Shown in pieces: positions 8,600-19,287 of a stretch of DNA of 64,000 nt; position 1 is the stretch's first letter, and each line of letters begins with the position of its first letter. The notes beneath the pieces were generated by a model, which was given only the letters and a program-made list of their open reading frames with translations, was not told the origin of the DNA and searched no databases. The stretch lies in assembly GCA_018432615.1 (NCBI GenBank), contig JAHDSQ010000006.1:18432-82431 (forward strand), read 5' to 3'. A program made the translations under genes and the position numbers. Origin of the DNA: Clostridia bacterium. Lineage in GTDB: Bacteria > Bacillota > Peptococcia > DRI-13 > SM3-B62.

Positions 8600-9643
8600 A
8601 TGCGTGCTATTGAAGTTGAGAGTTTAAAAGAAGATATGAGGCTTGCCAGAACGATTTTTGATGACAGCGGGCGTGTTTTGTTGAATTCCGGTACTAAACT
8701 AACGGAACGATACATTAAAAGGCTCATGGATTTAGGGATACCTTTTATCTACGTTGAAGACGAGATCGTCGGTCCGATTGAATGCGAGGACATCATTGAT
8801 GACAGGGTAAGGATACAGACAATAAAAGCCTTGAAGAAGGTTGTTGAAACAGCCAAGATGCACGAAGAAATTGACCTTCTTCCGATCAGTGGAATGGTCA
8901 ACGCGATACTTGACGATTTAAAAGGTGTTCCCAATATGTTGATGCAGTTGTTGGATATCAGGACCGCCAATACGTATGTATATAATCATTCGGTGGCTGT
9001 ATGCGTTCTAAGTATAATGACCGGGATGTCATTGGAACTGGACGACTTAAAGATTAAGCTGCTTGGTATGGGTGCGCTGTTGCATGATATTGGCAAATCA
9101 CTCAGCGAGGGTCCGGAACACACGATCCATGGTTTTGAAATACTGCGCAACACCAAAGCGTTGAATGTAGTTGCTGCTCATGTTGCTTATCAGCACCATG
9201 AGCGTTATGACGGCGAAGGTTTTCCCCGTAAGCTGAAGGGAGAGGACATTCATCTGTTTGGGGCGATTACAGGTATCGCAAACCTGTACGATAATCTTGT
9301 CTCTCATCCGGATGGGGATAAACGGCTTTACCCTTATCAAGCCCTAGAAAAAATTGTTGCCGAAAGCGGACGTGGTTTTCATCCTGAAGTTGTCAAAGCC
9401 TTTTGCCGCAATATTGCACCTTATCCGGTCGGAACTGCGGTTAAATTAAATAACGGTGCGGTAGGAGTAGTGGTATCGGTGCCTAAAAATTTTAGCACTC
9501 GGCCTGTGATAAAATTAGTTTCCAGTGAGGTGGGGATACTAATGAAGGATTTTCCCGAAATAGATTTACTGAAGGAGAAAACTTTATTCATAAACGAAAT
9601 ACTAAGCGAAAAAGATCGTCGGGATATTGCAGTTTTAAAGTAA
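8600..9643 (+). CDS. HD-GYP domain c-di-GMP phosphodiesterase (cytoplasmic, N-terminal accessory domain)
   Basis: 347 aa. It contains HSVAV ... LLHDIGK ... HHERYDGEGFPRKLKGEDI. Confidence 0.85.
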   Translation: MRAIEVESLKEDMRLARTIFDDSGRVLLNSGTKLTERYIKRLMDLGIPFIYVEDEIVGPIECEDIIDDRVRIQTIKALKKVVETAKMHEEIDLLPISGMVNAILDDLKGVPNMLMQLLDIRTANTYVYNHSVAVCVLSIMTGMSLELDDLKIKLLGMGALLHDIGKSLSEGPEHTIHGFEILRNTKALNVVAAHVAYQHHERYDGEGFPRKLKGEDIHLFGAITGIANLYDNLVSHPDGDKRLYPYQALEKIVAESGRGFHPEVVKAFCRNIAPYPVGTAVKLNNGAVGVVVSVPKNFSTRPVIKLVSSEVGILMKDFPEIDLLKEKTLFINEILSEKDRRDIAVLK

Positions 9644-9676
9644 TAGGATATACAGCAGCTATAGATTGAGACTTTT

Positions 9677-9716
9677 GCCTGCGCCTTGAAAGGTCTTGCG
9701 CAGGCATAATTAATTT
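9677..9716 (+). terminator. Terminator after the HD-GYP gene
   Basis: An 8-bp GC-rich stem (GCCTGCGC / GCGCAGGC, 9677-9705) is followed by an A/T-rich tract ending in TTTT. Confidence 0.55.
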
Positions 9717-9726
9717 TAGTACAGTA

Positions 9727-9744
9727 TTGCATATTTATGCATAA
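9727..9744. promoter_or_regulatory. ARG-box-like palindrome (candidate ArgR/AhrC operator) overlapping the arg operon promoter
   Basis: TTGCATATTTATGCATAA has a perfect 6-2-6 palindrome, TGCATA-TT-TATGCA. It resembles the ARG box TNTGAATWWWWATTCANW with symmetric A-to-C and T-to-G changes. TATTATAAT (-10-like) lies 6 nt downstream, and argC starts at 9791. Confidence 0.5.
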
Positions 9745-9790
9745 TGATGTATTATAATAAAAAGCATTACCAAGACGAAGAGGTGAGAAT

Positions 9791-10831
9791 GTGGTAAAAG
9801 CAAGTATTTTAGGTGCGACAGGATACACGGGACAAGAACTGGCCAGGATGCTGCTCATGCATTCCCAGGTGGAACTGATAGGAATGGGTTCCAATACTTA
9901 TGCGGGAAAGAAATATTCAAGCGTGTATCCTCATTTTGAAAGCGCTCTGGATTTAAAATGTTCGAATATGCAGGATGATGCGTTATTCGAGAAAGCTGAT
10001 GTAATATTTTTGGCCTTGCCCCACGGCTTAAGCGTTCCATACGCCGAAAAGGCCCTCGCTCTAGGAAAAAAGGTTGTTGACCTGGGGGCGGATTTCCGTT
10101 TGAAATCAGCGGATATCTATCAAAAATGGTATAAAACAGAAGCGGCAAGACCGAAACTTTTGGGGAAGGCGGTTTATGGTTTGCCCGAATTGTATCGTGA
10201 TGAAATTAAAGGGACAGATTTGGTGGCAAATCCCGGTTGTTATCCTACTACAGCCATTTTAGGGTTGGCTCCCCTGCTGAAGAACGGGTTGATCGACAAA
10301 AAGAGCATCGTAATCGACAGCAAATCGGGTGTCAGCGGTGCCGGGCGTAGTTTAAAGGTAGGCTCTCTTTATAGTGAAGCAAACGAAGATTTTCAGGCAT
10401 ATGGATTCCCCTGCCACCGTCATGCTCCGGAGATAGAGCAGGAACTGGGGAATCTTGCGGGTGAGGAAATAGCCGTTACCTTCGTGCCGCATTTGGTGCC
10501 GATGACCAGGGGTATGCTCAGCACGATTTATGCTTCTTTGGTAAAAGAAACAGACACTCGGAGATTAGAAGATTTATATAGGGAATTTTATCAAGATGAG
10601 GTGTTTGTAAGAGTCCTGCCCGGTGGGCGTCAACCTCATACTAAGTGGGTGCTCGGTACGAATAATTGTGACCTGGGGGTCAATGTGGACGAAAGAACCG
10701 GACGGGTAACTGTTGTGTCTGTAATCGATAATTTGGTGAAAGGCGCTTCAGGTCAGGCGATACAGAATATGAATATCATGTGCGGCTATAAGGAAGAACA
10801 GGGTTTAAATAGGGTTGCTTTGTATCCGTGA
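9791..10831 (+). CDS. argC: N-acetyl-gamma-glutamyl-phosphate reductase
   Basis: GTG start. It has ILGATGYTGQEL at the N-terminus and the active-site region VANPGCYPT. Confidence 0.95.
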   Translation: MVKASILGATGYTGQELARMLLMHSQVELIGMGSNTYAGKKYSSVYPHFESALDLKCSNMQDDALFEKADVIFLALPHGLSVPYAEKALALGKKVVDLGADFRLKSADIYQKWYKTEAARPKLLGKAVYGLPELYRDEIKGTDLVANPGCYPTTAILGLAPLLKNGLIDKKSIVIDSKSGVSGAGRSLKVGSLYSEANEDFQAYGFPCHRHAPEIEQELGNLAGEEIAVTFVPHLVPMTRGMLSTIYASLVKETDTRRLEDLYREFYQDEVFVRVLPGGRQPHTKWVLGTNNCDLGVNVDERTGRVTVVSVIDNLVKGASGQAIQNMNIMCGYKEEQGLNRVALYP

Positions 10832-10855
10832 TGAGATAAAGGTAAGGATGGATGA

Positions 10856-12073
10856 ATGATGAACATCAAAACAATAGAAAAAGGTGGAGTTACGACACCG
10901 CAGGGTTTTATAGCAGGGGTTGCCAAGTCGGGGATAAAAAAAATGGGCAGGTATGATTTGGCCTTACTTCTTTCACAGGTGCCGGCTTCTGCGGTTGCGG
11001 TGTTTACGACAAATAAATTTCAGGCCGCGCCCGTCGTTTTATCAAAGCGGCATCTGCAATCCGGTGTTTGTAAAGGTGTGGTGGTAAACAGTGGTTGTGC
11101 CAATGCTTGTACAGGCGAAAAGGGCTATCAGGACGCCGTTTCTATGGCAATAGCGGCTGCGGAAGTGTCCGGTTGCAGTACCGAAGAAATCGTGACAGCC
11201 TCCACAGGCGTTATCGGAGTACATTTGCCAATGGAGAAAATCATCGGGGGCATCAAAGAGGCAGGAGCCAATCTTACCGCAGCAAACGGACATTTAGCGG
11301 CTCAAGCCATCATGACAACGGATACCTTTCCGAAAGAAACCGCCGTGCAGTTTGAGTTAGACGGAAAAACGATAAACATCGGTGCGATGGCTAAAGGGTC
11401 GGGTATGATTCATCCGAACATGGCTACCATGCTGGCCTTTATTACTACCGATGCGGCCATAGCCCCGGCTGTTCTGCAAAAGGCCTTGAACTGGGCAAAC
11501 AAAGAATCATTTGCTATGATTAGTGTGGACGGTGATACCAGCACAAACGACAGTTTATTCGTCTTGGCTAACGGGTTGGCTGAAAACGCTAAAATAGAAG
11601 AGGACAACAGTACGGCATATCATACCTTCAGAGACGCCTTGACTGAGGTCTGTCTTAATCTGGCGAAGATGATAGCTAAGGACGGCGAGGGTGCCACCAA
11701 ACTCCTGGAAGTTCGAGTGATAAATGCCGTAAGTTGGGAAGATGCGGCAAGAGGGGCGAAAAGTATTGTTGCTTCCAGTCTGGTAAAGACGGCTGCTTTC
11801 GGAGAGGATGCCAATTGGGGTCGGATTATATGTGCCTTAGGTTATTCCGGAGCCGAATTTGTTCCCGAATTGGTTGATGTTTATCTCGGGGATGTTAAGG
11901 TGGCGGAAAATGGCTGTGGGCTAGATTTCGACGAAGATCGTGCAGCGGAGGTTTTAAATAAGGATGCAGTTGTGATTAAGGTTGACCTGCAGCAAGGGGA
12001 GTATGAGGCTACGGCCTGGGGTTGTGATTTGACCTACGATTACGTTAAGATAAACGGAGATTACCGAACGTAG
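10856..12073 (+). CDS. argJ: Bifunctional ornithine acetyltransferase / N-acetylglutamate synthase
   Basis: 405 aa. The autoprocessing site context ATMLAFITTDA and overall ArgJ-family similarity support the call. Confidence 0.95.
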   Translation: MMNIKTIEKGGVTTPQGFIAGVAKSGIKKMGRYDLALLLSQVPASAVAVFTTNKFQAAPVVLSKRHLQSGVCKGVVVNSGCANACTGEKGYQDAVSMAIAAAEVSGCSTEEIVTASTGVIGVHLPMEKIIGGIKEAGANLTAANGHLAAQAIMTTDTFPKETAVQFELDGKTINIGAMAKGSGMIHPNMATMLAFITTDAAIAPAVLQKALNWANKESFAMISVDGDTSTNDSLFVLANGLAENAKIEEDNSTAYHTFRDALTEVCLNLAKMIAKDGEGATKLLEVRVINAVSWEDAARGAKSIVASSLVKTAAFGEDANWGRIICALGYSGAEFVPELVDVYLGDVKVAENGCGLDFDEDRAAEVLNKDAVVIKVDLQQGEYEATAWGCDLTYDYVKINGDYRT

Positions 12074-12111
12074 ACAGTCTGGTCTCGATAGATAGAAGAG
12101 GGGGAGAAAAA

Positions 12112-12969
12112 ATGTTGACGGTTCTGGAAAAAGCCAATGTCTTAACAGAGGCTCTACCATATATCCAATCCTTTGCCGGTAAAACTATTGTCGTCAAATT
12201 TGGCGGTCATGCCATGGTTGATCCGAAATTGGAGGAAATGGTACTAAAAGATATCGTATTGATGAAACTGGTGGGTATGAATCCGGTGATAGTTCACGGC
12301 GGAGGGCCTTCCATCACCGAATGGCTTAAAAAAGTCGATATCCAGGCAAAGTTTATCGATGGTTTGAGGGTTACGGATGAAGCGACGATGGAAGTTGCGG
12401 AAATGGTCTTAGCCGGGAAAATAAATAAGGGATTGGTAAGTCAAATCAATCTTTATGGAGGCAAGGCCGTAGGGCTCTGTGGAAAAGACGGCGGGATGAT
12501 CCTGGCGGAGAAGAAAAAGTCAGAGCAGGATTTAGGCTTAGTGGGAGAAGTCACGGAGATAAATACCGGCATTTTATCAATCCTTTCGGCTGAGGGATAT
12601 ATTCCTGTCGTGGCACCTGTTGCGGCGGGAAAAGACGGAGAAACACTGAATATCAATGCGGATTATGTAGCCGGTGCCTTGGGGGGAGCGTTAAAAGCAT
12701 ACAAACTGGTGCTTTTGACAGATGTGGAGGGTATTTACCTTGATGAAAGATCCGAGTCGTTAGCCTCGCGTTTGAATGAGGTTGAGATAAGGCAACTGAT
12801 AGCAAAGGGTGTTATCAAGGGTGGCATGATCCCCAAGGTGGAAAGCTGTCTTGCGGCTTTGGGAAGCGGGGTCGAAAACATTCATATTGTTGATGGGAGA
12901 AAGCCTCATGCCCTTCTTTTAGAGATGTTTACCAAAGAGGGTATCGGCACTATGGTGGTGAAAGAATAG
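12112..12969 (+). CDS. argB: Acetylglutamate kinase
   Basis: 285 aa. It contains VVKFGGHAM ... VHGGGP ... NINADYVAG, the amino-acid kinase fold of ArgB. Confidence 0.95.
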   Translation: MLTVLEKANVLTEALPYIQSFAGKTIVVKFGGHAMVDPKLEEMVLKDIVLMKLVGMNPVIVHGGGPSITEWLKKVDIQAKFIDGLRVTDEATMEVAEMVLAGKINKGLVSQINLYGGKAVGLCGKDGGMILAEKKKSEQDLGLVGEVTEINTGILSILSAEGYIPVVAPVAAGKDGETLNINADYVAGALGGALKAYKLVLLTDVEGIYLDERSESLASRLNEVEIRQLIAKGVIKGGMIPKVESCLAALGSGVENIHIVDGRKPHALLLEMFTKEGIGTMVVKE

Positions 12970-12995
12970 CTTTTGTGAGAGGAAGGATAAAGACT

Positions 12996-14192
12996 ATGAA
13001 TAATGAGAAAATCAAAGAAATGGGCTTAAAATATATCATGAATACTTACGGCCGTCATGAGTTTGCTCTGGTAAGGGGAGAGGGCAGCTGGGTGTGGGAT
13101 GCCGACGGTAAAAAATATTTGGATATGGTAGCGGGCATTGCCGTTAACAATGTTGGGCATTGTCATCCCCGTGTTGTTGCAGCGATACGGGAACAGGCCG
13201 GTACATTGCTGCATTGCTCCAATCTCTATTGGATAGAGCCCCAGGTCAAGCTGGGCAAGCTGTTGACTGATAATTCCTTTGCGGAGAATGTTTTTTTCTG
13301 CAACAGCGGGGCGGAAGCCAATGAGGCGGCCATTAAGCTGGCCAGAAAGTGGTCGTCTAACAAGTATGGTTCAGGCCGTTATGAAATCATTACGGCAGAT
13401 AATTCCTTTCATGGTCGGACATTAACGACTGTGACAGCAACCGGTCAGCCCAAATATCATCAGGGTTTCGAACCCCTTACTCCGGGTTTTGTACATGTGC
13501 CCTATAATGATCTTGCCGCCCTGACGGAAGCGGTAGGGGAAAAAACCTGTGCCGTATTGCTTGAGCCTATGCAAGGGGAAGGCGGCGTGTATGCCGGTGC
13601 TTCGGAATATATTAAAGGTGTCAAAAAACTATGCCAAGAGAAGGATTTGCTTTTGATATTTGATGAAGTCCAAACCGGGTTGGGACGTACCGGCAAGCTT
13701 TTTGCTTATCAACACTATGGCATCGAACCGGATGTTATGACACTGGCGAAGGGTTTAGGCGGAGGTGTACCCATCGGCGCGATGCTGGCTAAAGGTGAAG
13801 CGGCGGTAACATTCCAACCGGGCGAACATGCTTCGACCTTTGGCGGCAATCCCTTGGCTACAACAGCGGCACTTGCGGCACTTGGAGTCATCATCGATGA
13901 AAAGCTCTTCTGCCAAGCAGAAGAAAAAGGGGCATATATCAAGAAAAAAGTAAATGCCATGAAGGCTGATAATCCATTGATTGCGGAAATCAGGGGAATG
14001 GGTCTTTTGGTAGGTATTGAAATTACCATAGCAGGCAAGCCTGTACAGGAGTACTGTCAAAAGAAAGGTTTGATTATTAACTGCGTACAAGAAAAGGTTT
14101 TACGGTTAGTGCCTCCTTTGAATATTACATATGATGAAATAGATGAAGCATTAGCGATTATCGAGGAAGCTTTACAGCACTTTTTGACCTGA
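12996..14192 (+). CDS. argD: Acetylornithine aminotransferase
   Basis: Class III aminotransferase with FCNSGAEANE ... DEVQTGLGRTG ... TLAKGLGGG. The ATG at 12996 (SD GAGAGGAAGG) is preferred over the track GTG at 12975. Confidence 0.93.
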   Translation: MNNEKIKEMGLKYIMNTYGRHEFALVRGEGSWVWDADGKKYLDMVAGIAVNNVGHCHPRVVAAIREQAGTLLHCSNLYWIEPQVKLGKLLTDNSFAENVFFCNSGAEANEAAIKLARKWSSNKYGSGRYEIITADNSFHGRTLTTVTATGQPKYHQGFEPLTPGFVHVPYNDLAALTEAVGEKTCAVLLEPMQGEGGVYAGASEYIKGVKKLCQEKDLLLIFDEVQTGLGRTGKLFAYQHYGIEPDVMTLAKGLGGGVPIGAMLAKGEAAVTFQPGEHASTFGGNPLATTAALAALGVIIDEKLFCQAEEKGAYIKKKVNAMKADNPLIAEIRGMGLLVGIEITIAGKPVQEYCQKKGLIINCVQEKVLRLVPPLNITYDEIDEALAIIEEALQHFLT

Positions 14193-14213
14193 ACTTTTCT
14201 ATGAAATATTGAA

Positions 14214-14254
14214 CCTCAAGATAGCATATGTATGACATATAGCTTATCTTGAGG
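14214..14254 (+). other. Imperfect 13-bp inverted repeat / hairpin between argD and the M20 gene
   Basis: CCTCAAGATAGC ... AGCTTATCTTGAGG. There is no clean T tract. The 3' arm overlaps the SD-like GAGGTG of the next gene. Confidence 0.4.
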
Positions 14255-14261
14255 TGACATT

Positions 14262-15431
14262 TTGGAGGCACAGCAAAAAGCAGTACTCACGGTTATCGAC
14301 CGTTTGCGTCCGATGTTGTTAGATATCAGTCATGATATTCATCAGAATCCTGAACAGGGCAATGCGGAGTATTATGCCCTTGGCAGATTAGCCTCTTTTC
14401 TCAAGCAGGCGGGCTTTCGGGTATGCAAAGGTGTTGCCGGTTTGCCGACAGCTTTTGTGGCTTGTGCCGGTGATAAAGAGGGCCCGGCTCTTGGTTTTGT
14501 GGCGGAGTATGATGCTCTTCCCGGTATAGGGCACGGTTGCGGTCATAATTTGATTGCGGCAGCCGGTGTCGGAGCAACGGTAGCTCTGCGACGAGTATTA
14601 CCTGCCGATAAGGGCAAGATATGCGTGTTAGGGACCCCGGCTGAAGAAACTTCCGGGGGGAAAATAGCGATGCTGAGAAGCGGTTGCTTCGACGGGCTTG
14701 ATGCTGTGATGATGTTTCACCCGGGGGTAGATGATGCGGTGTGCTGTACCTCTTTGGCCTTGGATGCCCTGGAAGTGAGCTTTTACGGTGAAGAAGGCCA
14801 TTCTGCCCTTAGCGGGTCTGGGGAAAAAAAAGGAGATGCCCTGGAAGCCCTTTTGTGCTTTTTCGAAAGGATTAGGAAATGGAAGTCAGGATTGCCCTTA
14901 TTCAGCAGTGTGCAGGGCGTGATTGTGGAGGGTGGTTTAGTGCCCAATATCAGGCCGGCAGTTGTAACCGCACGTTTCTATCTGCGAAGCATCAATGAGG
15001 ACACACTGGATAAGATTAACGGCGAGTTCAGAAAACAGGCGGGGGAAATAGCGCTGGCTACAAATACTTCAGTGGCGATAGATACTTTTGAAGAGAGGTA
15101 TTTGCCATTTCGAACAAATGAGACCCTAGCCGGTGTTTTTGCTCAAAGTTTACAACTTTTAGGAATGTCTTGTCCTGCCGGGTTGTGTATGAGTATGGGG
15201 GCGATGGATTTAGGCAACGTCAGTCAAGTGGTTCCTTCAATTCATCCTTTCCTGACGCACAAGGGAGCGCCTGCTACTATGCATAGCGCAGAGTTTGCAC
15301 AAGCGGCCGGTGGGGAGTGGGGGGATCAGTTGTTGATTAAGGCTGTCAAAGTATTGGCTCTGACGGGTCTAAGACTGGTAACTGAAAAGCACATCTGTGA
15401 AATGATACGTTCAGAGCATGATAGAAAATAG
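14262..15431 (+). CDS. M20-family amidohydrolase/metallopeptidase embedded in the arg operon
   Basis: 389 aa with a TTG start. The metal-binding region EYDALPGIGHGCGHNLIAAAG and TPAEE are typical of the M20D amidohydrolase group. Substrate is unknown. Confidence 0.75.
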   Translation: MEAQQKAVLTVIDRLRPMLLDISHDIHQNPEQGNAEYYALGRLASFLKQAGFRVCKGVAGLPTAFVACAGDKEGPALGFVAEYDALPGIGHGCGHNLIAAAGVGATVALRRVLPADKGKICVLGTPAEETSGGKIAMLRSGCFDGLDAVMMFHPGVDDAVCCTSLALDALEVSFYGEEGHSALSGSGEKKGDALEALLCFFERIRKWKSGLPLFSSVQGVIVEGGLVPNIRPAVVTARFYLRSINEDTLDKINGEFRKQAGEIALATNTSVAIDTFEERYLPFRTNETLAGVFAQSLQLLGMSCPAGLCMSMGAMDLGNVSQVVPSIHPFLTHKGAPATMHSAEFAQAAGGEWGDQLLIKAVKVLALTGLRLVTEKHICEMIRSEHDRK

Positions 15432-15437
15432 TAAGGG

Positions 15438-16370
15438 GTGATTAGGGTGGATTTAAAGGGCAGGGATTTTATCACGCTGGCCGATTTCAGTGAGAAAGAG
15501 CTGTGGCATCTGCTTGAACTGGCGAAGGAATTAAAAGGTAAACAAAAAAAGGGCATTCCTCACGAGCTTCACAGGGGGAAAACCTTGGCAATGATCTTTC
15601 AAAAATCTTCGACCAGGACTAGGGTCTCCTTTGAGGTTGCTATGCATCATTTAGGCGGGCAGGCGATGTTTCTAAGTAAAAAAGATTTACAAATAGGACG
15701 AGGAGAACCACTGCAGGATACGGCCAGGGTATTGGCCAGATATTGTGACGGAATCCTCATTAGAACATATAGCCACCAGGAGGTATTAGACCTGGCGAAA
15801 TACGCTGATATTCCCGTTATCAACGGGTTAACCGATGATTATCACCCGACCCAGGCGCTGGCCGATATGCTCACTATTTGGGAGCATAAAGGTGTTTTGA
15901 AAGGATTGAAGTTGGCCTATGTTGGTGATGGTAATAACATGGTACATAGCTTGCTCATAGCCGGTGCCATCATGGGGATGGAGGTCGTGGTTTCTTGCCC
16001 CGAAGGCTACTTGCCGGATGAGAACGTTGTTCGCAAAGCACAGGAGTTGGCTGAAGATGCTGCCAAGATCAAAATTATCGGCAATCCTCGGGAAGCTGTT
16101 AAAAACGCTCAGGTGTTGTATACTGATGTATGGGCAAGTATGGGACAGGAAGAAGAGGCCGCCGTGCGGAGAAAGGCTTTTTGCGGATATCAGATAAACA
16201 GTGAGTTGCTGGCGTTAGCCGCAAAAGACGCTATTGTTATGCACTGTTTGCCTGCTCACCGTGGCGAAGAGATCACTGACGAAGTGATGGAAGGCCCGCA
16301 GTCTGTTGTCTTTGATGAGGCCGAAAACAGGCTCCATGCCCATAAGGCCATTTTGGCCGCTGTAATGTAA
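15438..16370 (+). CDS. argF: Ornithine carbamoyltransferase
   Basis: It contains STRTRVSFE ... HPTQALAD ... HCLPA. GTG at 15447 (MDLKGRDF...) is an alternative start with better SD spacing. Confidence 0.95.
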   Translation: MIRVDLKGRDFITLADFSEKELWHLLELAKELKGKQKKGIPHELHRGKTLAMIFQKSSTRTRVSFEVAMHHLGGQAMFLSKKDLQIGRGEPLQDTARVLARYCDGILIRTYSHQEVLDLAKYADIPVINGLTDDYHPTQALADMLTIWEHKGVLKGLKLAYVGDGNNMVHSLLIAGAIMGMEVVVSCPEGYLPDENVVRKAQELAEDAAKIKIIGNPREAVKNAQVLYTDVWASMGQEEEAAVRRKAFCGYQINSELLALAAKDAIVMHCLPAHRGEEITDEVMEGPQSVVFDEAENRLHAHKAILAAVM

Positions 16371-16388
16371 TAATTCAGGGAGGGAAAT

Positions 16389-17597
16389 ATGATGAAGAAG
16401 GTCGTGTTAGCATATTCCGGAGGTTTAGATACATCAATAATCATTCCTTGGCTCAAAGAGAATTACGGATATGAGGTTATTGCCATGGCCGCCGATGTGG
16501 GACAGGGAGAAGAACTTGACCCTTTGCAGGAAAAGGCTATCAAAACAGGAGCTTCGAAGCTTTATATCGAAGATTTAAAAGAGGAGTTCATCAGGGAATA
16601 TATCTATCCGACTCTGAAAGCCGGAGCGGTGTACGAAGGGAAATACCTGTTGGGAACGTCTTTTGCCCGTCCCCTAATAGCGAAAAGATTGGTGGAAATC
16701 GCTAAAAAAGAAGGAGCGGAAGCAATCGCTCATGGAGCAACCGGTAAAGGTAACGATCAGGTGCGTTTTGAACTTACGGTGAAAGCCTTAGCGCCCGAGA
16801 TGAAGATTATCGCGCCCTGGAGGTTATGGGACATCAAATCACGGGAACAGGCCATCGAATATGCTAAAGAACGGGATATTCCCGTTCCGGTGAGTAAGGA
16901 ACATCCTTACAGCATGGATCGCAACATTTGGCACCTCAGTCACGAGGGTGCCGAACTGGAAGATCCGGCAAATGAGGCGCCTGATAATGTCTTGTTGTTA
17001 ATAACGCCGCCGGAAAAAGCCCCGGATATTCCGAGCTATGTAGAAATTGAATTCGAACAAGGGATACCGGTTGCTGTGGATGGGAAGAAGCTTGGACCGG
17101 TCGAATTGTTGGAGAGTCTTAATACAATTGCCGGTGCGAACGGGGTCGGCATCGTGGATATGGTTGAAAATCGCTTGGTAGGGATGAAATCAAGAGGGAT
17201 ATATGAAACTCCCGGAGGAACGGTGCTGATCAAGGCCCACCAGGAACTGGAGCTACTTACCCTGGATAGGATAACTCTGCACTACAAGGAAGTGATTGCC
17301 CAGCGCTATGCTGAGTTGGTATATGACGGGGTTTGGTTCCATCCGCTGAGAGAAGCCATAGACGCTTTTGTTAACGTGACACAGCGTACGGTGACAGGAA
17401 AGGTAAGAATGAAGCTGTATAAGGGTAATTGTACGCCTGCAGGTATATCTTCTCCTTATTCGCTGTACAGCGAAGAATTTGCAACCTTTGGTGAGGACAG
17501 CGTATATAACCAAAAGGATGCGGAGGGTTTTATCAATCTTTTCGGTTTGCCGCTTAAGGTCCAGGCCTTGATGAAACAAAAAGCAGGGCTGAAGTAA
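16389..17597 (+). CDS. argG: Argininosuccinate synthase
   Basis: It contains [12 protein letters not shown] ... [15 protein letters not shown]. Confidence 0.96.
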   Translation: MMKKVVLAYSGGLDTSIIIPWLKENYGYEVIAMAADVGQGEELDPLQEKAIKTGASKLYIEDLKEEFIREYIYPTLKAGAVYEGKYLLGTSFARPLIAKRLVEIAKKEGAEAIAHGATGKGNDQVRFELTVKALAPEMKIIAPWRLWDIKSREQAIEYAKERDIPVPVSKEHPYSMDRNIWHLSHEGAELEDPANEAPDNVLLLITPPEKAPDIPSYVEIEFEQGIPVAVDGKKLGPVELLESLNTIAGANGVGIVDMVENRLVGMKSRGIYETPGGTVLIKAHQELELLTLDRITLHYKEVIAQRYAELVYDGVWFHPLREAIDAFVNVTQRTVTGKVRMKLYKGNCTPAGISSPYSLYSEEFATFGEDSVYNQKDAEGFINLFGLPLKVQALMKQKAGLK

Positions 17598-17615
17598 AGA
17601 AGAGGGGTATGACTT

Positions 17616-19043
17616 ATGAAATTGTGGGGAGGTCGTTTCCAAAAGAATACGAACAGCTTGGTCGAGGATTTTCATTCGTCCATCGGCTTTGACCAACGGC
17701 TCTACCTTCAGGATATTCGAGGGAGTATAGCTCATGCCGGAATGCTGGGAGCCGAGGACATTATCGAGAAGGATGAGGCCGCACGGATCATCGAGGGACT
17801 GAAAGCGATCGCTAAGGATATCGCAGAAGGCAAGGTCAAATTTTCTTTGGCAGCTGAAGATATCCACATGAATATCGAAACGCTCTTGATTGAGCGTGTC
17901 GGCGATGTGGGTAAGAAGTTACATACTGGACGGAGTCGTAATGATCAGGTTGCCTTGGATATCAGGATGTACTTAAAAGACGAAATCACAAACACACAAA
18001 AGCTATTGCTGGAACTGCTGGAGGTTTTGGTTGATACTGCTGATAAGCAGGCAGCAACGATTATGCCCGGTTTTACACATCTGCAAATTGCTCAGCCTAT
18101 CACCCTCGGTCATCATTTGCTGGCCTATGCGGAGATGTTCAAGCGTGATTATCAGCGCCTGAGTGATTGTTACCGGCGAGTCGATGTGATGCCGTTAGGT
18201 GCCGGCGCTTTGGCTGGGACAACCTTTCCGCTGAATAGAGATAAAGTTGCTGCTGAGCTTGGTTTTTCAGGCGTCTCGGAGAACAGCATGGACAGTGTTT
18301 CCGACAGGGATTTTATTATAGAATTTCTTGCCGCAGCCTCTGTCATCATGATGCATCTTTCGCGTCTCTGTGAAGAGATCATACTATGGGCGAGCCAGGA
18401 ATTTGCTTTTGTGGAGCTTGATGATGCCTATAGCACCGGTTCTTCCATTATGCCGCAAAAGAAAAACCCCGACGTGGCGGAGCTAATCAGGGGCAAAACC
18501 GGAAGGGTTTACGGGGATTTGATGACCATGTTGTCCGTTATGAAGGGATTGCCCCTCGCTTACAATAAGGACATGCAGGAAGACAAGGAAGCCCTTTTTG
18601 ACGGAATTGATACCGTGCAGAAATGCTTGCTTGTTTTTGCGCCTATGCTTAAGACCATGAAATTTAATGCGGAAATTATGTACGCCAATGCAAGGAAGGG
18701 CTTTTCCAACGCAACGGATTTGGCCGATTATCTCGTTAAGAAGGGTCTGGGCTTTCGCGACGCTCACCACGTGGTAGGGCACCTTGTAAACTATTGTATT
18801 GAGCAGGGAAAATCCTTGGAACAGCTCAAGCTTCAAGAATTGAGGGAAGGCTTGCGGGTATTGGAAAAAATAGAGGTAAACGGGGAAAACGGTCGTGAAA
18901 AATACATTCATGAGGATGTTTATGACGCTCTGAAACTGGATAATGTGGTGGCAAGACGCGCCACTTACGGTGGTACGTCGCCTGTTCGAGTTAAAGAAGC
19001 GGTGAAGAGAGCGTATGATTGGATAGCCGGACAGAAACTATAA
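17616..19043 (+). CDS. argH: Argininosuccinate lyase
   Basis: It contains KLWGGRF ... [10 protein letters not shown] ... [12 protein letters not shown], the fumarate-lyase signature. Confidence 0.96.
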   Translation: MKLWGGRFQKNTNSLVEDFHSSIGFDQRLYLQDIRGSIAHAGMLGAEDIIEKDEAARIIEGLKAIAKDIAEGKVKFSLAAEDIHMNIETLLIERVGDVGKKLHTGRSRNDQVALDIRMYLKDEITNTQKLLLELLEVLVDTADKQAATIMPGFTHLQIAQPITLGHHLLAYAEMFKRDYQRLSDCYRRVDVMPLGAGALAGTTFPLNRDKVAAELGFSGVSENSMDSVSDRDFIIEFLAAASVIMMHLSRLCEEIILWASQEFAFVELDDAYSTGSSIMPQKKNPDVAELIRGKTGRVYGDLMTMLSVMKGLPLAYNKDMQEDKEALFDGIDTVQKCLLVFAPMLKTMKFNAEIMYANARKGFSNATDLADYLVKKGLGFRDAHHVVGHLVNYCIEQGKSLEQLKLQELREGLRVLEKIEVNGENGREKYIHEDVYDALKLDNVVARRATYGGTSPVRVKEAVKRAYDWIAGQKL

Positions 19044-19082
19044 AAGAGGGAAATATACATTAATAAAGAATATAGAGAAAGG

Positions 19083-19170
19083 AACAACGAAAAGGCAAAC
19101 CCGGTGAAAGCCGGGGACGCAAAGCCACGGGCCTGAAGGTATTGCCAAGGTAGCCGGGTTACCGAAGATA
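19083..19170 (+). promoter_or_regulatory. c-di-GMP-I (GEMM-I) riboswitch aptamer
   Basis: AACGAAAAGGCAAACCCGGUGAAAGCCGGGGACGCAAAGCCACGGGCCUGAAGG...GGUAGCCGGGUUACCGAAG. It matches the conserved GEMM-I core as in Vc2 (GGCAAACC..GAAAG..GGGACGCAAAGCC.CCGGCCU ... GGUAG..GGGUUACCGA). This includes the GNRA tetraloop (GAAA) hairpin and the two-helix layout. Confidence 0.88.
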
Positions 19171-19194
19171 AGTAGCGGGTCAAGCCGATTTGCT

Positions 19195-19224
19195 CTGTCT
19201 GGTAATCCGGGCAGGGTTTTTTAT
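19195..19224 (+). terminator. Intrinsic terminator acting as the riboswitch expression platform
   Basis: The stem is CTGTCTGG / CCGGGCAG (8 bp, 2 G-U) with loop TAAT, then GG and a T6 run. It lies 60 nt before the 19288 start codon. Confidence 0.7.
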
Positions 19225-19287
19225 TGTGAAACAACAAGGTTCCCGAGACCCAACAGGATAAGAATAAATCTAGGAGGAGACGATATT

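Noticed and set aside
9421-9894. 157-aa minus-strand ORF spanning the HD-GYP 3' end, the intergenic region and the argC 5' end
   Set aside because: It crosses a terminator, the ARG-box/promoter region and two solid genes. It has no SD and no family resemblance.
17253-17867. 204-aa ORF on the minus strand
   Set aside because: It is entirely antisense to the well-supported argG and argH genes. It has no SD and a low-complexity, non-homologous translation. It is a typical shadow ORF.
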